A DNA stretch of 64,000 nucleotides from Kiritimatiellia bacterium (GTDB lineage: Bacteria; Verrucomicrobiota; Kiritimatiellia; RFP12; UBA1067): NCBI GenBank assembly GCA_050949565.1, contig JBMNFY010000011.1, forward strand, positions 70,334-134,333, read 5' to 3'. The position numbers and the translations under genes are program-made. How positions within the stretch are numbered: position 1 is the stretch's first letter; each line of letters starts with the position of its first letter. Positions 51,043 through 60,010 of the stretch are shown piece after piece. The notes below the pieces were generated by a model, which was not told the origin of the DNA, did not search any database, and saw only the letters and a program-made list of their open reading frames with translations.

Positions 51043-51252
51043 TTACTTCGCGCCCTTGCGGCGGTTGCATTCCCGGCAAAGCATCTGGCAATTTTCAAGG
51101 CCGGTCTTGCCGCCTTCGCTCCAAGGTGTGATGTGATCCGCCTCCATCTCCGCTTCTTGAAACTGTTTGCGACAAAGGGAACACTTGCCTTTCTGGCGTT
51201 CGTATGCGCTGCGTTTCTGGGCGGGCGTGAAGGCGCGGATGTTCAGATACAC
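51043..51252 (-). pseudogene. C-terminal HNH domain remnant of a DUF262/HNH-type restriction nuclease
   Basis: CSLC...EADHITPWSEGGKT..NCQMLCRECNRRK, preceded by YLNIRAF. Confidence 0.75.
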
Positions 51253-51374
51253 AGGACAGACTTGCCCTCGAACTGGTCTCGATAATGGCGCACCTCCGCC
51301 TCGATGTCGGGCATTTGCGTATAGAACTCATCCGCCTTGTTCTTCTTTGCCTGTGTTAGAGTTGATGTCGCCAT
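51243..51374 (-). pseudogene. N-terminal remnant of an EcoRI-family adenine methyltransferase
   Basis: LTQAKKNKADEFYTQMPDIEAEVRHY...KSVLC, truncated just before the expected NCDDP. Confidence 0.8.
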
Positions 51375-51498
51375 TCGCTTTCCTGTTTTGCGCCCGCGCG
51401 GTGCGCATGATTCACCCCGAAGCACGTGTTGCCGCGCATGGTAACACGCCGTAGCAGACTGGGCAAGCGTCGACCGCGCATCGCGCGGCGCGCGCGGC

Positions 51499-51748
51499 GG
51501 ATTTAGGATTGAGGATTTAGGAGTTAGCCTGCCTGCGCCACGAAAAAACCATGGAGTAACTGCGACAAAAAGTTCAAGTTATAGGCAAGGAGTTGAGCAT
51601 GCAGACTTTGAGCAAAGCCCCGTAAATATTGGCTTCCGTTGAGATCCGCGCCGCATCTATTTGGTGCAGAACGCAATTTCTGATTGGAACCACGGAACAC
51701 ACTAAACACACGGAAACAGCGCCATGCCTTTCCGTGTGTTCGGTGTGT
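51499..51748. repeat. TTAGGA heptamer array (51499-51527) and CACACGGAA/TTCCGTGTG inverted module (51688-51748)
   Basis: Right arm GCCATGCCTTTCCGTGTGTTC matches 8846-8866. Confidence 0.85.
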
Positions 51749-52052
51749 CTTGACGGAGAACGTAACGTCGCCTGCTCCGGCAACATCGAAACCCTGCTTG
51801 ACTATGCGATAACGGATGAAGGCGGACATCCGGCGATGACCAACTACTGCTTCGCGGGACTGGTCAAGTGAAGAGTCGCACTTCGCCACAGACAGCACGG
51901 CACTCGTCTTCGACGACGCGGCGTTGCCATCAAGATCGTCAACGCCCAAAGCGGCATCTGGTACACGCTCTACGCCGTGGACGATCTTTCCTTTTTCATT
52001 CGCCATCGGCCGACAGATTGCGCTACGCTGTTCTCTTTACTGGGACATGTCT

Positions 52053-53015
52053 ATGAAGACCTATAACCACCTGTTCGGGCCGGTGCCCTCACGCCGTTAC
52101 GGCCTTTCGCTCGGCGTGGACCTCGCCGCGCCGAAAACCTGTACCCTCGACTGCATCTTCTGTCAGCTTGGTGCCACCCCGCGCACCACGCTCACACGCA
52201 CCGACTCGCCGCCGATGGACGCGATTCTCGCAGAGTTAAGGCACTGGCTGGCGCGAACGGAAACGGAAAAAAAAGAAAGGCTCGACTTTGTCACGGCGGC
52301 GGGTTCAGGCGAACCGACGCTGCACCTGCGCTTCGGCGACCTCTTTCGCTTCGCGCGCGCCGAGATGCCCGGCCGCTCGCTGCTGCTCAGCAACGGCTCG
52401 CTCTTCTATCTGCCCGAAGTCCGGCGCGATGCCGCACTGGCGGATGTCGTCAAGCTCTCGCTGCATGCTTGGGATCAGGCCTCGTTCGAACGCATCTCGC
52501 GCCCGCATCCCTTGCTCCGTTTTGACGCGATCCTCGACGGCTACCGCGCCTTCCGCCAGAGCTTCGTCGGCCGGCTCGACCTCGAGGTCTTCATCATCCC
52601 CGGCATTAACGACCGCGACGACCAGGCCCAGCGCATCGCCGCGCTGGCGCGTAGCTTCGCGCCGGATACCATCACGCTCAACACGGCTGTCCGTCCGCCC
52701 GCCGACAGCACGGTCACCGCCTGCCCGCCTGAACGCCTGCGCGCGCTCAACGCGCTCTTCGGCACCGCCGTGCGCGAAAGTGGCACCGTGCCCACACGCG
52801 CCGCCGGCGAGTTGAGTGGTGAAGCGCTGATCGCGCTGATCGAACGCCATCCGATGGCGCTTAGCGCTCTCGCAACGACCTTCGGACACAGCGAAAGCGA
52901 CCTGCGCGCTTTCGTTGAACCGCTCGCGCGCCAAGGCCGCCTGCGCCTTTTCGAATCGCAAGGGACGCTCTTTGTCGGTGGGATCGGCACGAGCAGTGAT
53001 CCGGCAGACCATTGA
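52053..53015 (+). CDS. Radical SAM protein
   Basis: FGPVPSRRYGLSLG, CTLDCIFC, GSGEPTL. Confidence 0.88.
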   Translation: MKTYNHLFGPVPSRRYGLSLGVDLAAPKTCTLDCIFCQLGATPRTTLTRTDSPPMDAILAELRHWLARTETEKKERLDFVTAAGSGEPTLHLRFGDLFRFARAEMPGRSLLLSNGSLFYLPEVRRDAALADVVKLSLHAWDQASFERISRPHPLLRFDAILDGYRAFRQSFVGRLDLEVFIIPGINDRDDQAQRIAALARSFAPDTITLNTAVRPPADSTVTACPPERLRALNALFGTAVRESGTVPTRAAGELSGEALIALIERHPMALSALATTFGHSESDLRAFVEPLARQGRLRLFESQGTLFVGGIGTSSDPADH

Positions 53016-53083
53016 GTTGCGCAAAAGTACTACAAAAGTTGCGCAACTGTCCTATTGAAAAAACGGGCACGAAAGCGTATTGT
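53015..53083 (+). promoter_or_regulatory. Tandem operator plus sigma70 promoter for the sugar operon
   Basis: AGTTGCGCAA at 53015 and 53037 (22-bp spacing), then TTGAAA-17 bp-TATTGT. Confidence 0.6.
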
Positions 53084-53171
53084 GGTTGGCGTAAGTATGG
53101 CGGGCGGTTTGCCGGATGCCGGGGTGGGATGCCGGAATGGCCGCCGCGAACGATCACAAAGGAAAGGTTTG

Positions 53172-54596
53172 ATGATGAGGACACAGGCTGATTTTTCACG
53201 GCGGACATTTCTGAAGGGAACGGCATTGACAGCGGGGGCGGCCGCAATGGGCGGATGCCTGTCCACACGCAAGGTGGCGCGTTTCCGCAAACCGGGCGAG
53301 ATGCTGCGCCTGGGCGTGATCGGGGCCGGCGGACAGGGTGTGACCAACTGGACGCAGATGTTAGAGTGCGGCAACGTGCGTGTGGTGGCGATGTGCGACA
53401 CCGATGCGACGATGCTGGAAAACGCCAAAGGCTGGTACCGCGAAAAGGGGCTCAAGGCGGATTTCAATACCTACGCGGACTACCGCAAGCTGCTGGAAAG
53501 CGAGCGGGAACTGGATGCGGTTTTGGTGGCAACGCCCGACCACACCCACGCGCCGGCTGCCATTCAGGCAATGAAGCGCGGTTGCCATGCTTACGTCGAG
53601 AAACCGCTGGTGCGCACCATCTGGGAAGCACGTTACTTTGAGAAGGTCGCCAAAGAGTATGGCGTCATCACGCAAATGGGCAACCACGGCAGCGCGCGCG
53701 ACGGCACACGCCGCGGCGTCGAGATCCTGCGCTCCGGTTTGCTGGGCAATGTGACCGAAGTGCATGTCTGGACGAATCGCCCTGAAATCTCCCCCGGCAA
53801 CAAGTGGGGCTGGAAACAGCCGTTGAAGCGGCCGGAAGGCGAGGATCCGATCCCGCCGGAGCTGAGTTGGGATCTCTGGCTGGGCACTTCGCCGGCCCGT
53901 CCGTTCAAGAAGGGCGTGTACCACCGCATCATGTGGCGCGCGTTCTATGATTTCGGCACCGGGGCGTTCGGCGACATGGCCTGCCACACGATGAATCTGG
54001 CGTTCCGCGGATTGGATCTGGGCGAGGTGACCGCGGGCGAAGCGGTGGAAATCTCGGAGCGTTTCGATGACACCTATCCGCTGTACAGCAAGGTGCGGCT
54101 CACCTACGCGGCGCGCGGTAAAAAACCGCCGGTCGATCTCTACTGGTATGACGGCTACCGCAAACCGTCGGCCGAGATCATGCCGCAAGTGATCGCCACG
54201 CTCGGCCAGGTGCCGACGACCGGCTGCTTCATCATGGGCGACAAGGGTGTGATGGTCAACACCGATGACTACGGCGAGCACAGTTACATCGCGCTCAAGG
54301 GCGAGGACAAGATGAAGTCCATCACCAAGCACGAGGCGTGCGAGGCGATCCCGATCACGCTGCCGCGCGCAAAGGAGCAGAACCAACGGCGCGAATTTGT
54401 TGATGCCTGCTTCGGGAAGACGTGCGCGTCGTCGGATATCGACCACTCCATACCGCTCGTCGAGAGCATGCTGGTCGGTTGCTTGGCGCAGCGCATCCCT
54501 GGCAAGATCAAATGGGATGCGTCCAAGTGCATATCCGACAACGCGCAAGCGAATGCTCTGATCAAGCCCTACATCCGGGCCGGATGGGAGTATTGA
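53172..54596 (+). CDS. Tat-exported Gfo/Idh/MocA oxidoreductase
   Basis: SRRTFLK, GVIGAGGQG, ATPDHTH, EKPL, GDMACH. Confidence 0.9.
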   Translation: MMRTQADFSRRTFLKGTALTAGAAAMGGCLSTRKVARFRKPGEMLRLGVIGAGGQGVTNWTQMLECGNVRVVAMCDTDATMLENAKGWYREKGLKADFNTYADYRKLLESERELDAVLVATPDHTHAPAAIQAMKRGCHAYVEKPLVRTIWEARYFEKVAKEYGVITQMGNHGSARDGTRRGVEILRSGLLGNVTEVHVWTNRPEISPGNKWGWKQPLKRPEGEDPIPPELSWDLWLGTSPARPFKKGVYHRIMWRAFYDFGTGAFGDMACHTMNLAFRGLDLGEVTAGEAVEISERFDDTYPLYSKVRLTYAARGKKPPVDLYWYDGYRKPSAEIMPQVIATLGQVPTTGCFIMGDKGVMVNTDDYGEHSYIALKGEDKMKSITKHEACEAIPITLPRAKEQNQRREFVDACFGKTCASSDIDHSIPLVESMLVGCLAQRIPGKIKWDASKCISDNAQANALIKPYIRAGWEY

Positions 54597-55408
54597 TGAT
54601 GAAAAAACTCATCGCAACGGTTGGATTTCTGGCGACAGTTGCCTGCATGGCAGCGGAAAAATCGCCGCTCACGCTGGCGCTCCAGGCCTATACCTTCAAA
54701 GACCGCACGATGGTCGAGACCATTGAGGTGGCCAAACGTCTAGGGTTCAGTGCCATCGAACTCACGCCCGTCCAGAAACTAGGCGGGACCTTCACAGGGA
54801 CGTGTACCCACGCCGGTATGTCGCCGGAGACGCGCGCGGCTGTGCGCGCCTACTTGGCCAACTGCGGGGTGAAGGCGCTCAGTTATGGCGTCGTCAACGC
54901 CCCGGATGAGGCCGGTTGGCGCAAGCAGTTCGAGTTCGTGCGCGATCTCGGCATAGGGATGTTGCTCACCGAGCCGCCACCCGGCCAGTTGCCGCTGATT
55001 GATCGGCTGGCGCAAGAATACAAAATACGGGTACATATCCACAATCATGCACGCACCAATCCGTGGTGGGACCCTGCGTTTATGGCCTCAAAGGTTGCAG
55101 CTTGCAGCGAGTGGATCGGTGCCGGAGCAGACACCGGACATTGGGTGCCCGCCGGGATCAAGCCCGCTGAGGGTATCCGACAACTCGCGGCTTCGCGTAT
55201 TTTCGCACTGCACCTCGTGGACGTCAATGCGGCGGGCAGGCCGGTGCCGTACGGCACCGGTGTCGGCGGTATCGCGGAGATCCTCGACACCCTCAAGGCC
55301 AAGGGCGATCCGGTCGTCGTCACGCTCGAATACGAACAGTGGGATGAGCTCACCGAAAAGAATGTCCGTGCCTGTGTAGACTGGTTTAACGCCTACCTGA
55401 AGCAGTGA
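54596..55408 (+). CDS. Secreted sugar-phosphate isomerase/epimerase-type TIM barrel (AP_endonuc_2)
   Basis: Signal peptide, TEP, HNH, DTGHW, HLVD, LEYE. Confidence 0.85.
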   Translation: MMKKLIATVGFLATVACMAAEKSPLTLALQAYTFKDRTMVETIEVAKRLGFSAIELTPVQKLGGTFTGTCTHAGMSPETRAAVRAYLANCGVKALSYGVVNAPDEAGWRKQFEFVRDLGIGMLLTEPPPGQLPLIDRLAQEYKIRVHIHNHARTNPWWDPAFMASKVAACSEWIGAGADTGHWVPAGIKPAEGIRQLAASRIFALHLVDVNAAGRPVPYGTGVGGIAEILDTLKAKGDPVVVTLEYEQWDELTEKNVRACVDWFNAYLKQ

Positions 55409-55414
55409 CCGTTC

Positions 55415-56299
55415 ATGATTGAACGCGACTACCAGCAAACTCATGCGGTTCCGGCCGTTCCGAGTTACCTGCCCGGAACGGCGATTGAGATCGTGCGCAC
55501 GGACAGGCCGGCACGCCCCCCCGCCCATGCGTTGTTCGACTTCGACGGTACGCTGAGCCTGATCCGTGAAGGGTGGATGGAGATCATGATCCCGATGCTG
55601 ACCCGGCACCTGTTGCCGTATGCGCAGCCGGGGGAAACCGAAGACAGCATCACTGCGCTGGTGCGTGATTTCGTCACGACGCTGACGGGCAAGCAGACCA
55701 TCTATCAGATGATCCGGCTGGCCGAGGAGATCCGCCTGCGCGGCGGGACGCCTCTCGCGCCGCTCGACTATAAAGCCGAATATCATGACTTGCTCATGGC
55801 TCGTATTGACGCAAGACGCCGTGGACTGGCCGACGGAACGTTGTTCCGCGACGCTCTGCTGGTGCCCGGCTCGCTGGATATCCTCGCTGGACTGCACGAG
55901 CGCGGCGTTGCCCTGTATATCGCCTCTGGTACAGATGAAGCATACGTGCTCGAAGAGGCGCGGCTCTTGGGGCTGGACACTTTTATGTCCGGACGGATCT
56001 ACGGCGCACAGGCCGACTACGCCTCTTTCTCCAAAGAGCAGGTCATTCAAAACATCCTTACGGAGAACCGTGTGGAAGGCACCGATCTGGTGGCTTTCGG
56101 TGACGGATATGTTGAAATCGCAGACTGTAAAGCCGTCGGCGGCTTTGCCGTGGCGGTCGCGAGCGACGAGGCTAATCGCTCTGGACGCTGCGACGCCTGG
56201 AAGCGCGAGCGCCTGATCGGTGCCGGCGCGGATATCGTCATCCCGGACTACCGGGAAAGCGCCGCGCTGCTCGATTACCTCTGGGGCGGTGAGGCATGA
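55415..56299 (+). CDS. HAD family hydrolase
   Basis: FDFDGTLS, IASGT, FGDG. Confidence 0.88.
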   Translation: MIERDYQQTHAVPAVPSYLPGTAIEIVRTDRPARPPAHALFDFDGTLSLIREGWMEIMIPMLTRHLLPYAQPGETEDSITALVRDFVTTLTGKQTIYQMIRLAEEIRLRGGTPLAPLDYKAEYHDLLMARIDARRRGLADGTLFRDALLVPGSLDILAGLHERGVALYIASGTDEAYVLEEARLLGLDTFMSGRIYGAQADYASFSKEQVIQNILTENRVEGTDLVAFGDGYVEIADCKAVGGFAVAVASDEANRSGRCDAWKRERLIGAGADIVIPDYRESAALLDYLWGGEA

Positions 56300-57351
56300 A
56301 GAGGCTTGTCGACACATTCGACGCAGCAAGGCTGCATGCGCTACTCACCCGCTTTGAAGGGCTGCGCGTGGCGGTGTTGGGCGATTTCTTTTTGGACCAA
56401 TATTTTGAGATCGATCCCGCATGCGTGGAGACCTCGGTGGAAACCGGTCGGCAGGCGCATCAGGTGACAGCCATTCGCCATGCGCCGGGCGCGGCGGGCA
56501 CGGTGGTCAACAATCTGGCCGCGCTCGGCATAAGACCAATCGCCGTGCTGGGCATCACGGGAGACGACGGCAACGGCTGGGCGCTGCGACGCGACCTGAC
56601 GGCATTAGGCTGTGATCTCACGCACCTGCTTACCGACGCCGCCTGCGTAACCCCGACTTATCTCAAAATCCGCGACCGCACACTTCCGGGGCTCGATGGG
56701 GAGCGGGATCGCTTCGACATCAAAAACCGCTCGCCCTTGCCCGAGCGTGTCGGCGAAGCATTGCTCGCAGCGGTCGACCGGCTTCTGCCCACTCTTGATG
56801 CCCTGCTCGTGATGGATCAAGTTCCCGAAGAGGGGTGCGGCGTCATGTCGCTAGCTGTGATCGATGCCCTATCCGAACGCGCCAAGCGTCATCCGCAAAC
56901 GCTGTTCTGGGCCGATTCGCGCCGCAGGATCCGCCGCTACCGCAACATCACGCTTAAAGCCAACCAGTTTGAAATTGCAGGTGTGACGGAGCCGTTGCCC
57001 GGCACCAGTGTGCCAGATGAAACGTTGGCGCGTGCGGCCGACGAGTTCGCAGCCCTAGTCGGCGCGCCGGTCTTTGTCACGGCGGAAGCACGCGGCGTCC
57101 GCATCGCGGGGCCTCTCTCGGCCACCGTTCCGCCGGTTCGCGTGACGGGGCCGATCGACCCCACAGGCGCGGGCGACGCCTTTTCGGCCGGTGCTGCGGC
57201 GGCTCTGGCAGCCGGTGCCACGCATCCGGAAGCGGCCTTGATGGGCAATCTGGCCGCGTCGGTCACCATCCGTCAACTCGGCACGACAGGTACCGCTTCG
57301 CCGTCCGACCTCGCCGCCGCACTCGCGCTCTGGAGGGAACAGCAGTCATGA
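56296..57351 (+). CDS. PfkB family carbohydrate kinase (HldE kinase-domain-like)
   Basis: VLGDFFLDQY, PGAAGTV, DPTGAGD. Confidence 0.88.
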   Translation: MKRLVDTFDAARLHALLTRFEGLRVAVLGDFFLDQYFEIDPACVETSVETGRQAHQVTAIRHAPGAAGTVVNNLAALGIRPIAVLGITGDDGNGWALRRDLTALGCDLTHLLTDAACVTPTYLKIRDRTLPGLDGERDRFDIKNRSPLPERVGEALLAAVDRLLPTLDALLVMDQVPEEGCGVMSLAVIDALSERAKRHPQTLFWADSRRRIRRYRNITLKANQFEIAGVTEPLPGTSVPDETLARAADEFAALVGAPVFVTAEARGVRIAGPLSATVPPVRVTGPIDPTGAGDAFSAGAAAALAAGATHPEAALMGNLAASVTIRQLGTTGTASPSDLAAALALWREQQS

Positions 57352-58463
57352 AGCAACTCTTCGACCGGCGTTCCCTCGCCCCGCGTCCGCTCGCCGAGCG
57401 CCGCAATAAAATTGATTTCGCGCGTACTCAGATCAACCCCGAAACCTACGAACCGCAACTTACGGACGATGCGCGCGAAACCGTTCGGCAACTCGCCTGC
57501 GAGATACGCGCCGCCCGTGACTGCGGTGCATCGGTCGTGATGGCGTTCGGTGCGCATTCCATCAAGAACGGACTTGCTCCGGTGTTGACCGGTCTCATGC
57601 AGGACGGTTGGATCACCCACTTCGCGACCAACGGCGCCGGCGTGATTCACGATTGGGAGTTCGCCTTCCAAGGGTTCTCCGGAGAAGACGTGCAGCGCTA
57701 TGTCGCCGAAGGTCAGTTCGGCCTTTGGGAGGAAACCGGCCTGTATCTGAATCTAGCGCTTGCGGTTGGCGCCTACGAGGGGCGCGGCTACGGCGAGGCG
57801 GTCGGTGCGTTTATCACAGATGAGGGTTTGACGATCCCCGCGCCCGGCGATCTGGATGCCGCGATCGCGGCAGGAGCCGCAGCGGATGCGGATGAAGTGA
57901 CGCTGGCGCGTGCGGCGGCTGCGGCCGACCTGAAAGCGATCATGCGCTACATTCCGGCTGATCCGGGTTTCCTGCATGTGCCGCACCCCTTCAAGACGTA
58001 CAGTCTGCAAGCGGCGGCTTATCTGGCCGGTACGCCGTCGACGGCACATCCCATGTTCGGACACGACATCATCTACACGCACCCGTTGAATCGCGGCGCA
58101 CCGATCGGGCGCACCGCCGACCGTGATTTCCTGAGCTTCGTGGACTCGGTCAGCAGACTCGAACAGGGCGTCTACCTGTCGGTCGGGTCCGCGGTCATGT
58201 CGCCGATGATTTTCGAGAAGGCGTTGTCGATGTCGCGTAATGTGGCGCGGCAGCGGGGCCAAGCGATTGAAAACTTTACGATCCATGTGGTTGACCTCGC
58301 GCCCGCAACGTGGGACTGGGCGCACGACGGAGAACCGCCGCAGGATAATCCCGCCTACTATCTGCGCTTTTGCAAAACCTTTTCGCGCATGGGCGGACGT
58401 ATGACTTACACCAGCGCGGACAACCGCGCATTTCTCGTAGCGCTCTATCACGAACTCGCATAA
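57348..58463 (+). CDS. Conserved hypothetical protein (possibly deoxyhypusine-synthase-like fold)
   Basis: FGAHSIKNG, ATNGAGVIHD, VGSAVMSP motifs; overlaps the upstream kinase stop. Confidence 0.7.
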   Translation: MKQLFDRRSLAPRPLAERRNKIDFARTQINPETYEPQLTDDARETVRQLACEIRAARDCGASVVMAFGAHSIKNGLAPVLTGLMQDGWITHFATNGAGVIHDWEFAFQGFSGEDVQRYVAEGQFGLWEETGLYLNLALAVGAYEGRGYGEAVGAFITDEGLTIPAPGDLDAAIAAGAAADADEVTLARAAAAADLKAIMRYIPADPGFLHVPHPFKTYSLQAAAYLAGTPSTAHPMFGHDIIYTHPLNRGAPIGRTADRDFLSFVDSVSRLEQGVYLSVGSAVMSPMIFEKALSMSRNVARQRGQAIENFTIHVVDLAPATWDWAHDGEPPQDNPAYYLRFCKTFSRMGGRMTYTSADNRAFLVALYHELA

Positions 58464-58483
58464 CAACAAGGAGACCCAAAACC

Positions 58484-59071
58484 ATGACGAAGGCTCTAGA
58501 GTCTTACGCGGCGGATGCCGCCGCCAAATTGATGTTGACCGATTTCAGAAAACTGGCAGAGATCGGCGACGTGTTGTTGCGCGCGAAGGCTGAAAACCGG
58601 ACGATCTTTCTGATCGGCAACGGCGGCAGCGCCGCAACGGCTTCGCATGTGACCAATGATCTGGTCAAAGGGTGCAGGATCGGCGACACGCCGGGATTCC
58701 GCGCGTTTTGTCTGAGCGACTCCAACGCGCTGGTGACCTGTCTGGCGAATGATTTTTGCTATGCCGATATCTACGCGATTCTGCTGCAAACTTACGCGCA
58801 GGCGGGTGATATCGTGATCGCGTTCAGCGGCAGCGGCAACTCGCCGAACATCCTCAACGGATTGACCGCAGCGCGCGCGATGGGACTCACCACCATCGGT
58901 TTCGGCGGACGCGACGGCGGCCAGATGAAGGCGCTCTGCGACCTCGTGCTCATCGCTCCCACCGATTCGATGGAGCTGTTGGAGGACTTGCACCTGATCT
59001 ACTTCCACAACCTTGTTTGCGCGATGCGCCCCGCGCTTGCAGAGAATTTAGGAGAAGGAGTTAGGATTTAG
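58484..59071 (+). CDS. SIS-domain sugar-phosphate isomerase (GmhA-like)
   Basis: GNGGSAATASH, CLAND, SGSGNSPN, EDLH. Confidence 0.88.
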   Translation: MTKALESYAADAAAKLMLTDFRKLAEIGDVLLRAKAENRTIFLIGNGGSAATASHVTNDLVKGCRIGDTPGFRAFCLSDSNALVTCLANDFCYADIYAILLQTYAQAGDIVIAFSGSGNSPNILNGLTAARAMGLTTIGFGGRDGGQMKALCDLVLIAPTDSMELLEDLHLIYFHNLVCAMRPALAENLGEGVRI

Positions 59072-59080
59072 GAGTTGGGC

Positions 59081-60010
59081 ATGTTGATTGGGGCGATAGA
59101 CGGCGGCGGCACCAAGGTGCTCACCGCAGTGATGACAGAGACCGGTGCCATCGTGGCGCGGCGGCAGGATGCCGTGCCGACAGCCGATGTTCCGGCCTAT
59201 TTCAAAAGGTGCGCGGAGTTGCTTGAAGCCTGCGCACAAGAGGCTGGCGTGACGGTGCAGGCATTGGACGGCGTGGGCATGAACATCCCCGGCATGGTGA
59301 CGCCTGACGGGCATGTGCTGGGATCGCCCTCGGCCGGCTGGGGCACGTTTCACGCGCGCCCCTTGCTGGCCGATATGCTGGCGTTGCCGAGCGAGCGTCT
59401 TTTCTTTGAAAACGACATCAACGCCTGTGCATTGGCGGAGCAACGCTTCGGCGGCGCGGGCGATGACTTTGTCTGGATCACGATCAGCACCGGCAACGGC
59501 GGCGCGGTCGTGGCGAACGGCCGTCTGGTGCGCGGCAGCGGCGGCTGCGCCGGTGAATTCGGGCACGTCAAAGTCGAGTATGACGCGCCCTATCCCTGCG
59601 GATGCGGCGGACGCGGTTGTTTGGAGGCGCACGCATCGGGCGTCGCCATCGCGCGGCGCGCCGTCGAGGCGGGCCTGCCCGCCGACACGGACGCCAAGCG
59701 TTGCGAAGAGTTGGCGCGCCAAGGGAACGCCACCGCGCAAGCAGTCTACGCGCAAACCGGCGTCTACCTCGGGCGCGCGCTGGCTGTCGCCGCGAACCTG
59801 TTGAATCCCGCGCAGGCGTTTATCGGCGGCGGCGCATCGAAGGCGCTCGACCTGATGTTGCCGACCATCCAGCAAACCCTGCTCAAAGAAGCGATCCCGC
59901 AGTGTCAAGCGCTGCGCGTCACGCCGACAAGCTTGGGATACGAGGCAGCCCTGCTAGGCGCCGCCTCCGTATGCCTCGAAGGGCTCAGTAAGTCTGGCGC
60001 AGGTGTTTGA
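59081..60010 (+). CDS. ROK family sugar kinase
   Basis: DGGGTK, ENDINA, GEFGH, CGCGGRGCLE. Confidence 0.9.
   Translation: MLIGAIDGGGTKVLTAVMTETGAIVARRQDAVPTADVPAYFKRCAELLEACAQEAGVTVQALDGVGMNIPGMVTPDGHVLGSPSAGWGTFHARPLLADMLALPSERLFFENDINACALAEQRFGGAGDDFVWITISTGNGGAVVANGRLVRGSGGCAGEFGHVKVEYDAPYPCGCGGRGCLEAHASGVAIARRAVEAGLPADTDAKRCEELARQGNATAQAVYAQTGVYLGRALAVAANLLNPAQAFIGGGASKALDLMLPTIQQTLLKEAIPQCQALRVTPTSLGYEAALLGAASVCLEGLSKSGAGV

Noticed and set aside
7929-51748. Classical integron or diversity-generating retroelement as the explanation for the repeats
   Set aside because: No tyrosine recombinase, reverse transcriptase, attC-like array or template/variable repeat pair was seen.
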